Positions 1 through 7,506 are shown, counted from the stretch's first letter. The stretch is DNA of 64,000 nucleotides from Oligoflexia bacterium (GCA_903867855.1 CAIPTA010000064.1:4965-68964), one strand, 5' to 3'. The notes: a model not told the origin generated them from the letters alone. Program-made: numbers and translations.

Positions 1-1271
1 TTTATTGAGGCGCCTTCTGTCCAAATAGCTGCCCGCCTAAGTGTGTTCTGGAGCTCCCTAACATTGCCTGGCCAAGGGTGCTGGAGGATAAGATTTTTTG
101 CGGAAACAGAAAGTTTTTTATGATTGTACCCTGCCTGGTCTGAGTTCTCATTATTGATATGCGTTAGGATATTCTCTACTAATAGGCCCAAGTCTCCCGG
201 GCGTTCTCTCAGGGGGGGGATTTTAAGTACCAATACCGCTAATCGATAAAACAGATCTTCTCGAAAAGCAGATCTAGAGACTTCTTGAATTAAGTCCCTA
301 TGCGTCGCAGAAATAACCCGCACGTCAATCTTAATCGGAAAGCTTGCGCCAACTGGCGTGATTTCCGATTGCTGCAGGACGCGAAGTAATTTTACCTGCG
401 CCGATAGCGGCAGCTCGCCAATTTCGTCCAAGAAGATGGTTCCGCCGGTCGCCGTTTCGAAGTGCCCCTTTCTGTCTGTGGCCGCACCCGTAAATGCTCC
501 CTTTTTGTGACCAAAGAGTTCGGATTCGATCAAGTCTGGGGGGATTGCTCCACAGTTGACCGGGATAAACGGCTTCGACTTTCTTGGACTGGCATCGTGA
601 ATGGCTCGAGCGAATAATTCTTTTCCTGTTCCAGACTCTCCCTCGATAAGCACCGGGGTGCTTCTTGGTGCAACTTTGATAGCTTTATAAATCACGCGCT
701 TCATTACTGGGCTTTTGTGAATAATCTGGGAAAAAGCCGCCCACTGAGGCGCCTTTTCAAGGTTTAGTTCTTGTAAGATCTGATCCGAAGCTTTTACGAA
801 TTCGGGAACATATTCAGCCGTTATATCAAAGGGTACACGCGCGTCGGAGTAGCCTTGTTCTCTAGATGTTTCTATTAATCGAGCTGGGTGCTTGGTCTTA
901 GAAAGCAGTAACCAAACTGCGTGCATCGCGGGAGTTCCTGGGCTCAGGTGAAAATATAGATCACCGAAGTTTCCTTCAGGAGCGTTCTTTTTGAAGTCAG
1001 TTATAACGCGATCGGCGGCTAAAAAAATCTCGGGATGGTGAGTTGGCGATTTGAGGGGAAAGATGTGCCTATCTACATCGATCTCAGCATTTTTCTTTAG
1101 CCACTTAATAAACGGATCTGCATCTTCTTTCGGAAAATTGGATAGAAGGACCAGTTTTCCGAACTTACCTCCGCGAACTCCCTGAAGAATAGGGCCGTCT
1201 CCAGCTTTCGGGTCGCCTTGAGATGCTGCGATGTCGGTTCTTCCTAACCATGCGAACAACGTTTTTTGCAT
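1..1271 (-). CDS. sigma-54-dependent transcriptional activator (bEBP), 3' end cut by window edge; N-terminal RtcR/CARF-like sensor domain instead of a receiver domain
   Basis: Reverse-strand ORF not in the supplied track, open to nt 1, with ATG at 1271-1269 (MQKTLFAWLGRTD...). AAA+ sigma-54 core read directly: Walker A LIEGESGTGKELF, GAFTGA loop (KKGAFTGA, nt 483-500), Walker B GGTIFLDEIGEL, and WPGNVREL near the edge. The N-terminal ~150 aa have no D-box receiver motif. They contain FHLSPGTPAMHAVWLLL (nt ~903-955), which resembles the RtcR CARF motif as I recall it. Confidence 0.85.
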   Translation of the reverse strand, partial: MQKTLFAWLGRTDIAASQGDPKAGDGPILQGVRGGKFGKLVLLSNFPKEDADPFIKWLKKNAEIDVDRHIFPLKSPTHHPEIFLAADRVITDFKKNAPEGNFGDLYFHLSPGTPAMHAVWLLLSKTKHPARLIETSREQGYSDARVPFDITAEYVPEFVKASDQILQELNLEKAPQWAAFSQIIHKSPVMKRVIYKAIKVAPRSTPVLIEGESGTGKELFARAIHDASPRKSKPFIPVNCGAIPPDLIESELFGHKKGAFTGAATDRKGHFETATGGTIFLDEIGELPLSAQVKLLRVLQQSEITPVGASFPIKIDVRVISATHRDLIQEVSRSAFREDLFYRLAVLVLKIPPLRERPGDLGLLVENILTHINNENSDQAGYNHKKLSVSAKNLILQHPWPGNVRELQNTLRRAAIWTEGASI

Positions 1272-1414
1272 TTCCCATGTGTATAATAAAACTTATGTGA
1301 ACACAAATTTATTTATGCCTATTTGCCTCGAGGAAGCCATCTGTTTTTTTCGACATACGAAGGGTCCCCTGAAAAATTAGATAGATACATTGGTTTCTGC
1401 CGGAGATCCGCAGT

Positions 1415-1430
1415 TGGCACATACCTTGAA
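1415..1430 (+). promoter_or_regulatory. sigma-54 (-24/-12) promoter of the downstream cassette
   Basis: TGGCAC-ATACC-TTGA at 1415-1429. GG lies at 1416-1417 and GA at 1428-1429, which is the exact GG-N10-GC spacing with one mismatch (GC->GA). It sits ~50 nt upstream of the ATG at 1481 and divergent from the bEBP gene. Confidence 0.6.
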
Positions 1431-1480
1431 GTATGTATTTCCAAGACAACAAATAAATTTATGAAAAGAAAGCGATCCTT

Positions 1481-1783
1481 ATGAAAACCCAATGCGCCAC
1501 CCAAATGAAGAATGCACACCTAATCTCGGAGAAGGTGACGCTCCGAAATAGACTTTACGACATGCTCATTGAGGTCGATATGGTCGGCCTGCCGAAAGGC
1601 GACATTGATTGCAACGTAACGCTGAGAAGGCTTGCGTTAGATGGGTCTCCTCTTAGCGAAAAGGAGTGTGCCTTCCTTTTGGCTAAGGATGTGCCCTTGG
1701 CTGATTTCGTCGCAGAGCGAGTATGGCGGTTAACGAATCAAGTTACCTCACGCAAGGAACAGCGCCTCGCACTTGCCGGCTGA
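1481..1783 (+). CDS. hypothetical protein (100 aa), first gene of the cassette
   Basis: ORF directly downstream of the sigma-54 promoter, with no recognisable motif. A 7-codon uORF (1461-1484, MKRKRSL) has a stop that overlaps this ATG. Confidence 0.5.
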   Translation: MKTQCATQMKNAHLISEKVTLRNRLYDMLIEVDMVGLPKGDIDCNVTLRRLALDGSPLSEKECAFLLAKDVPLADFVAERVWRLTNQVTSRKEQRLALAG

Positions 1784-1818
1784 GCGATTTTTTAAAATAA
1801 CTTTTAATTGGAGAAAAT

Positions 1819-3060
1819 ATGAAAAATAAAGCGTCTTGTCCAAAATGTTCATTTGAATTTCCTATTGAAGCGGCTCTGGCTGATTCAGTCCGAAAAGATG
1901 TTTCTTTAGAGTTCGATCGCGAACGTCTAGCGATGGAGCAGAAACAGAAACAACGCGAGCAAGAATTTGCTAAGAGCCTTGAGCTCGCGAAACGCGAGAG
2001 TCGTCTTGAGTTTGAAAAGCAGCGAACTGAGTTGCTGGAGCAAGCAAAGCGCCAAGCCGCGCTTGATCAGAGTATGGTCATGCGTGACCAGTCCGCCGAG
2101 CTGGAGCTCATGAAAAATCATTTAGCAAATTACGCTGAAAGAGAAAGCGCATTTTTGAAAGAACGCAATGAGCTCGAGTTTAAGCGTAAATCCATTGATC
2201 TAGAGATCGCCAGGGGCCTAGATAATAAGGCTCAAGAGCTAATTAAGGAAACAGAAGCTCGGCTAGCATCTAGTTTCGAAATAAAACTCAAGGAGCGAGA
2301 GCTTCAAATTGAGCAGCTGATGGGGAAAGTGAAAGAAATGTCACGTACTGCCGGCCTTGGCTCTCAGCAATTACAGGGGGAGTCCCTTGAGGTGATCCTT
2401 GTGGAGGAAATGCAAACAGCTTTTCCCGACGACCTGATTCGCGACGTGAAAAAGGGGGCGAGGGGTGGAGACTATTGCCACATCGTTCGCACTCGATCCA
2501 GTGCTGAAGCTGGGAGTTTGCATATCGAAGCCAAGAATACCAAGGATTGGGGCGGTGACACTTGGATTGCCAAAGCAAAAGAAGATGCTCGGCAACATGG
2601 AGCTGATGTGGCTGTGATCGTTTCGGTCGCTTTGCCCAAAGAGATGATTGGCTTCGGAATGATCGATGGCGTGGTTGTGTGTTCGCCTGCATACGCTAAA
2701 CAAATTGTATCAGTATTGCGAATTAGCGTGCTTCAGCTGCATCGTCAAAAATGGGTGCAGGAAGGAATGAAAGACGCCAAACATGCAGTTTATGAATACT
2801 TCTCTGGCAAGGAATTTCGCCAGCGTTTTGAGCGGCTTGTGGAAGTGCAGTCTGAAATGCGTGATGGGCTTGAACGTGAAAAGCGCTTGGCAATGAAGTC
2901 CTTTGCTCAGAGAGAAAAACTTGTCGATTCGGTAATGGACAACCTTGTCGGGGTGTTTGGCGATCTTCAAGGTTTGATCGGTGAAAAGAACCTTCCAGAC
3001 ATTCCGCTTTTGGCGATCCCTATGGAATCCGAAGAAGAGGAAGAAGAAGTAACGGGCTGA
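1819..3060 (+). CDS. DUF2130-like protein: N-terminal CxxC knuckle, long coiled coil, C-terminal PD-(D/E)xK-like nuclease fold
   Basis: SCPKCSFEF at the N-terminus. E/K/R/Q-rich heptad-like region over ~aa 30-190. GGDYCH...GSLHIEAKNTKDWGGDTWIAKAKED matches the D...ExK pattern I recall for DUF2130. Acidic tail ESEEEEEEV. SD GGAGA lies 7 nt upstream. Confidence 0.7.
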   Translation: MKNKASCPKCSFEFPIEAALADSVRKDVSLEFDRERLAMEQKQKQREQEFAKSLELAKRESRLEFEKQRTELLEQAKRQAALDQSMVMRDQSAELELMKNHLANYAERESAFLKERNELEFKRKSIDLEIARGLDNKAQELIKETEARLASSFEIKLKERELQIEQLMGKVKEMSRTAGLGSQQLQGESLEVILVEEMQTAFPDDLIRDVKKGARGGDYCHIVRTRSSAEAGSLHIEAKNTKDWGGDTWIAKAKEDARQHGADVAVIVSVALPKEMIGFGMIDGVVVCSPAYAKQIVSVLRISVLQLHRQKWVQEGMKDAKHAVYEYFSGKEFRQRFERLVEVQSEMRDGLEREKRLAMKSFAQREKLVDSVMDNLVGVFGDLQGLIGEKNLPDIPLLAIPMESEEEEEEVTG

Positions 3061-3141
3061 TAAAAGCCTCAATTTTCGAGGAATTGCTAACGCCACGGAT
3101 GGCGCATTTTGAACGGATAATATTTTTGAATTGGAGAGAAT

Positions 3142-3633
3142 ATGAGTTTGGCTAAAAAAGAAATCGAGTCACCTGCCCTTGAGCTCGCTGAGGCTTCAGC
3201 TGTGGAAACGGCTCATTGGAATCAAGCTGTTGCGAGGAACCGAGGAGCTGAGTGGCGTAGAAAATTGTTACTCGGCCGCCTGGAGGCTCAGTCGAATCCC
3301 AGCCATATTCGCATATCAAGAATGATGCAAAATTTTACTCAAAAAGATGTGGCACAATCTGTTGCTTTGAGTGTGACCACATATATGGCAATCGAAGCTG
3401 GCAATCGGTTTTGCACAGAAGAAAATGCCAAAAAGATTTGCGAGCTATTAGGAATTCCCATGGAAGGCGGCATGGTGAAATTTAGAAAGAAATATTTGGC
3501 AAGAAAAGTGCACGGCAATCTCCTTGTCGATTCAAAGAGTACTGAGGCAGTGGCTGCGCAAGTGGAGGTTGTTTGGAGCGATTCGAATATTCCAGCTGAT
3601 CAATGGAAAAAACAAAAGGTCTGGTTGATGTAG
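3142..3633 (+). CDS. XRE-family helix-turn-helix protein
   Basis: FTQKDVAQSVALSVTTYMAIEAGNR...AKKICELLGI is a classic HTH_3 pattern. The flanking ~65-aa N-terminal and ~50-aa C-terminal regions are unassigned. Confidence 0.7.
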   Translation: MSLAKKEIESPALELAEASAVETAHWNQAVARNRGAEWRRKLLLGRLEAQSNPSHIRISRMMQNFTQKDVAQSVALSVTTYMAIEAGNRFCTEENAKKICELLGIPMEGGMVKFRKKYLARKVHGNLLVDSKSTEAVAAQVEVVWSDSNIPADQWKKQKVWLM

Positions 3634-3699
3634 GTGTTTTTTTTTAATTGTGCCAACAGAAAAATATTGCGAGAAGAATTATTCAGAAAGGGATGAAAA

Positions 3700-4623
3700 A
3701 TGAAATTTATGAGTCCAGAAACCATTGACGATCTTATCGGGCAGGAGCGGTTAAAGCCGCTTTTGGCTCGATATATCGCAGCAGCAAAGGAGGGCGGGCA
3801 ACCGTTTCCCGATTGTTTGCTAACGGGCCCTTCGGGGGATGGAAAGTCCACTGTGGCAGAAGTGATTTCTCGAGCCATGGGCGGAAATTATCTTCGAATT
3901 CGTTGCTCCTCGAAGCTTCGATTTACGCAGCTGTATGAGGAGGTTACCAAATTAAATTTTGGTGATGTTCTCCATCTCGACGAGGCTCAATCTGGTAGCC
4001 CTCAAGTATTAGAAGCTATTTACGATATCGTTGATAAGAGGATTGTTCCCTTTAGTGATGGAAAGCGAATTGACCCATTTCGGCCAATTTCCATATCCCG
4101 ATTCACGGTCTTAGTTTCTACCAATGAACCGGGAGCCTTAAAGGCCCCCCTACGAAACCGCCTAGTTGATCTTCAGCTCGAGCCCTATGACAGTAAGCAC
4201 ATGCACGATTTACTCATCGCTGGTGGTGCGCAGAGCGGAATTAACTTTTCGCAAGAAGCTGCAGAACTGCTCGTAAAAATTTCTCAGCTCTCACCCCGGA
4301 AGCTGATCAAAATTGTGGGAAGTGGTTTGATGGTGCTCAATCCGGGAGTAGTTGCATTTGAAAAACCTCACGTTGAAGAACTTATGAAGTTTTGGGGAAT
4401 CAATGAGATTGGGCTGGATTCCAATCAGCGAAGATATCTTAAGGCCCTTAAACATTTTGGCGGCCGAGCTCGTTTGATTGCTTTGACTGCATTCAGTGGT
4501 CTTCACCGCTCGGATATCACTGGGGAGATTGAACCTCAGCTGATGCGCATGGGGATCTTGACACGCGAGGAAGCTACTGCAATGCGGATCCTTCTCGAAA
4601 AGCCGGGAGTCTGCTATGGGTGA
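3700..4623 (+). CDS. RuvB-like AAA+ ATPase paralog with C-terminal winged-helix
   Basis: Walker A LLTGPSGDGKSTVA, Walker B VLHLDEAQ, sensor-1 LVSTN and Arg RNRL. The C-terminal GLDSNQRRYLKALKHFGG...EIEPQLMRMGILTR parallels RuvB domain III. No ruvA or ruvC is adjacent. Confidence 0.7.
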   Translation: MKFMSPETIDDLIGQERLKPLLARYIAAAKEGGQPFPDCLLTGPSGDGKSTVAEVISRAMGGNYLRIRCSSKLRFTQLYEEVTKLNFGDVLHLDEAQSGSPQVLEAIYDIVDKRIVPFSDGKRIDPFRPISISRFTVLVSTNEPGALKAPLRNRLVDLQLEPYDSKHMHDLLIAGGAQSGINFSQEAAELLVKISQLSPRKLIKIVGSGLMVLNPGVVAFEKPHVEELMKFWGINEIGLDSNQRRYLKALKHFGGRARLIALTAFSGLHRSDITGEIEPQLMRMGILTREEATAMRILLEKPGVCYG

Positions 4624-5632
4624 GATTTCATTTCCAATAGGACCAAGCCTTTCCGATGCAATTCGGCTGGCACTCCAAGCAAAACTTGCAGTTGGAGTGG
4701 TGGGCCCTCACGGAATTGGTAAAAGTGAATTGCTGGGCCAAGTGGCCGACGATCTTTCACTTGAATATATCGTGAGAGATTTAAGCTTGATGGAGCCAGT
4801 TGATCTTGTGGGGCTTCCAGTAATGAAGGGCAATAGCACAAAGTTTTTGCCCCCTTCTTTTTTACCTACTAGCGGCAGCGGGCTCCTTGTGATGGAGGAA
4901 TTGAATCGGGCACCTCGCCACGTAATTACACCTTGCCTTCAATTACTAACCGCTCGAACACTGAACGATTATAATTTGCCCGCGGATTGGCAGATTGCAG
5001 CCGCATGGAACGAGGGCGAAGAGTACCAAGTTTTTGAGCTTGATCCAGCAATGCGATCCCGATTTGTTATTCTCTATGCCTATGCCGATCCAAAGGAATG
5101 GATAAAGTGGGCGACCAGCCGCGGTGTTTCCAGCACGTTATTAAGCTTCATTGAAAACAGCCCCAAAGTTTTTTCTGATCCGAGCGCCAATCCTCGCGCT
5201 TGGTACAAAGTTTCTAAGCTATTGGAGGCATACGAAAAGAGTGAGTTTGCCAGCAAAGATAGTGTTCTTCTTGCCGCCGTTAGTGGTTGTGTGGGTGTGA
5301 CTTGGGCAAAATCATTTTTGAAATATTATTTCAAGCAAGAGAAGCCCTTGAAGGCCGCCGAAATTCTGACGGAATTTGACCAGCATCGGGCCAGTTTTCA
5401 ATTTTGGATCTCTCGTTGCCGTTTGGATTTGGCCAAAAGCTCCATGAAGAATTTGCAAAACCATCTTGAAAAACAATCGAATTTTGATGAGATGACAAAA
5501 GCAAAGGAACAGAGGGCGAACGTTGCCGCGTTCCTTTCTCTGCTTCCAGCAGACTTTCGTAAAGAATTCTCGCGTTGGGAAAAGAGCCGAGGCTATTCAA
5601 AAGCCAAGACGGGAATAAAAGATGCGATCTGA
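4616..5632 (+). CDS. MoxR-type AAA_5 ATPase
   Basis: Walker A VGPHGIGKSELL. Walker B and the AAA_5 signature LLVMEELNRAPRHVITPCLQLLTARTL. The start overlaps the upstream stop by 8 nt (ATGGGTGA). Confidence 0.8.
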   Translation: MGEISFPIGPSLSDAIRLALQAKLAVGVVGPHGIGKSELLGQVADDLSLEYIVRDLSLMEPVDLVGLPVMKGNSTKFLPPSFLPTSGSGLLVMEELNRAPRHVITPCLQLLTARTLNDYNLPADWQIAAAWNEGEEYQVFELDPAMRSRFVILYAYADPKEWIKWATSRGVSSTLLSFIENSPKVFSDPSANPRAWYKVSKLLEAYEKSEFASKDSVLLAAVSGCVGVTWAKSFLKYYFKQEKPLKAAEILTEFDQHRASFQFWISRCRLDLAKSSMKNLQNHLEKQSNFDEMTKAKEQRANVAAFLSLLPADFRKEFSRWEKSRGYSKAKTGIKDAI

Positions 5633-6794
5633 AAAACCAAAAGGCATTCTAAAGATTGCTCTTCAGCGACACGCAGAAAATTACCCTCTTCATGCCGGTT
5701 TGATCGGGTTAATGACGTGGGTCGAAAATGAACGAATTTCCACGTGCTGCGTTGGATACGATCGGGCCGGCCTTCTTTTTCAGTACAACCCAAAGTTTAC
5801 GGCAGAAATTAAGCTCTCGGAACTCGAGGGTGTGATTCATCATGAAATCAACCACGTGTTACTGGGCCATCTTGATAGCAAGGGGCCTCACGAAAATCCC
5901 ACTGCTATGATGTTGGCGGAGGAGATTACAGTAAATGAATGGGTCGCAGAGCCATTGCCGGGGCGCCCAATTCTCCTAAGTGATTTTCCAAAACTGAAGC
6001 CAAATGAGGACACTCTGACTCGATACGAACTCCTGAAGAAGGAAGATCTCTCATCCTATGAGCATCTTCTCAAAGAGCCCCACTTCCTTGTGCCTCTAGA
6101 GGGGCAAGATGCGGACTTCGCAAGAGCATTATTAAAGTCGGAAATCGCTGTAATTTTATCTGGGCCCCAAAGTGAGGCTCTTAATGATCTGCTAAGGCAA
6201 GTTTGGGGAGATCAATCGGCAGGGCTTAGTAGGCAGGTTTTGCGTGATAAAAAGCGTGGCACTGTGAATTGGATCTCTGTACTACGCCATTTCGTCGGTA
6301 GTTTGAATGCGCCAGCATACTGTGCAACTAGGCCTTCAAGAAGGTTGCCGGAGCTACTGGGCTTGGTTCCTGGCCGCCTAAATCGCCCTGGAAAAATTAG
6401 TTTGATGGCAGTTATCGACACGAGTGGCTCGATAGATGAGTTCGAGCTTGCAGCTATTGCCCGCGAACTAAATTCTTTAAAGAATGTAGCTGAAATGCTG
6501 ATCGTGGAATGCGACGCAGATGTGAAAAGAACATATCGTTTTCAGGGCGGTATCGAGAATGTCCTAGGAGGGGGAGGAACTGATTTTAGGCCAGCCCTTG
6601 AAAAAGAGTTTTTAGGAAAGCATCGCCCCGACCTAGTTGTTTATTTCACGGATGGCTATGGAGCCGCGCCAAAACATGCGCCTGCTGTGCCTGTGGTGTG
6701 GTGCCTCTCGGCGAATGGCCGAAAGCCTGCGACCTGGGGCCGGGTGATTAAGATGGCCAAATTAGTTGGCGACCCTGTGTGGGCGAACATTTAG
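5622..6794 (+). CDS. VWA-domain protein with N-terminal HExxH metallopeptidase-like domain (DUF2201-type)
   Basis: HHEINHVLLGH (HExxH) in the N-terminal half. Intact MIDAS DxSxS (AVIDTSGSI) followed by ...YFTDGYG in the C-terminal half. Overlaps the upstream ATPase gene by 11 nt. Confidence 0.8.
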   Translation: MRSEKPKGILKIALQRHAENYPLHAGLIGLMTWVENERISTCCVGYDRAGLLFQYNPKFTAEIKLSELEGVIHHEINHVLLGHLDSKGPHENPTAMMLAEEITVNEWVAEPLPGRPILLSDFPKLKPNEDTLTRYELLKKEDLSSYEHLLKEPHFLVPLEGQDADFARALLKSEIAVILSGPQSEALNDLLRQVWGDQSAGLSRQVLRDKKRGTVNWISVLRHFVGSLNAPAYCATRPSRRLPELLGLVPGRLNRPGKISLMAVIDTSGSIDEFELAAIARELNSLKNVAEMLIVECDADVKRTYRFQGGIENVLGGGGTDFRPALEKEFLGKHRPDLVVYFTDGYGAAPKHAPAVPVVWCLSANGRKPATWGRVIKMAKLVGDPVWANI

Positions 6795-6912
6795 AAAAAA
6801 AGGCGGCGAAATGAATGCTAAAAAATTGAACATTAAATAAAACAGAATTTAGGAGATGGCAGATGAGCAATAAGACAAAATGAAATTAAATTCCAACTTC
6901 TTGTTCTAGACA

Positions 6913-7506
6913 TTGAAGTTTATTCGTTGCATAAAAGTTTACATCATGGTGGACGCAAAAGTTTTTCAAGGAAAAGATGGAGAAGTGTTTGTCCATATTG
7001 TTACTTTTGGAAAAAAACTTGAAAATTTGCTTTCTGCGATAGAGTTCAAGCGGATTGGCTCAAATTCGAAGACTGTTGAAAATCATTTTGGTGTTGGGCA
7101 TATAGTTATGCTTCATTGTGATTCTCTCTTGTGGGGTATGGCCGAAATTACTGGGGCCTATGAATTCAGCTCTACATTGATTTGGTCGGATAGGACTTAT
7201 CCTCATAGATTTAAAATTGGTAAGATAAAGCTGTTTAGTGATCCCTGTGACCTAGGCTTGGCCAATTTAAAGAGTCGATTGAAAGAGCAATCTGGAATTG
7301 GGTGGGCGTATAAGTATATTTTGTCACCAAGGTTCCTTCCATTTGATCTCGCTAAAGACCTTCAAGCTGCCGCAATGGCTTTGCCAGAAATGCCGATTGA
7401 GGCATTTAATGAAAAAATCGAGATTGAAATTGAAAAAAAGATCTCTCTTAAGAAGCAGAAAAATATGAAGAAGAATGAAAGGCTTAGTCGAAGCTCAGCT
7501 GGGTGA
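6913..7506 (+). CDS. hypothetical protein, possible PUA-like (EVE-type) fold with basic coiled-coil tail
   Basis: GHIVMLHCDSLLWGMAEITGAYEFSSTLIWSDRTYPHRFKIGKIKLF resembles the G-x-(V/I)TG...W.D..YP.R.K(I/V) pattern of EVE/PUA-like domains (recognised from memory only). The track start is TTG at 6913, and ATG at 6946 is an equally plausible start. Confidence 0.45.
   Translation: MKFIRCIKVYIMVDAKVFQGKDGEVFVHIVTFGKKLENLLSAIEFKRIGSNSKTVENHFGVGHIVMLHCDSLLWGMAEITGAYEFSSTLIWSDRTYPHRFKIGKIKLFSDPCDLGLANLKSRLKEQSGIGWAYKYILSPRFLPFDLAKDLQAAAMALPEMPIEAFNEKIEIEIEKKISLKKQKNMKKNERLSRSSAG

Noticed and set aside
1319-1519. 66-aa minus-strand ORF in the divergent control region
   Set aside because: It runs across the sigma-54 promoter and the start of the first cassette gene, has no RBS and no recognisable sequence features. 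It is most likely a chance ORF.
1927-3096. Minus-strand ORFs (64-134 aa) opposite the DUF2130 gene
   Set aside because: These are antisense shadow ORFs fully inside a well-supported coding region. Their low-complexity, proline/serine-rich translations are typical of non-coding frames.
3350-3365. Second sigma-54-like motif TGGCACAATCTGTTGC inside the HTH gene
   Set aside because: GG and GC are separated by 11 nt rather than the obligatory 10, and the motif is intragenic. I treat it as a chance match.
3700-4623. Calling this gene the housekeeping Holliday-junction helicase ruvB
   Set aside because: No ruvA or ruvC is adjacent. The Walker A motif (GPSGDGKS) and overall sequence are diverged from canonical RuvB. 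The gene is translationally coupled to MoxR/VWA genes, so I call it a paralog only.
4616-6794. Interpreting the AAA_5 + VWA pair as cobaltochelatase CobS/CobT
   Set aside because: The VWA protein carries an N-terminal HExxH peptidase-like domain (DUF2201-type) that CobT lacks. No cobalamin-biosynthesis genes are nearby.
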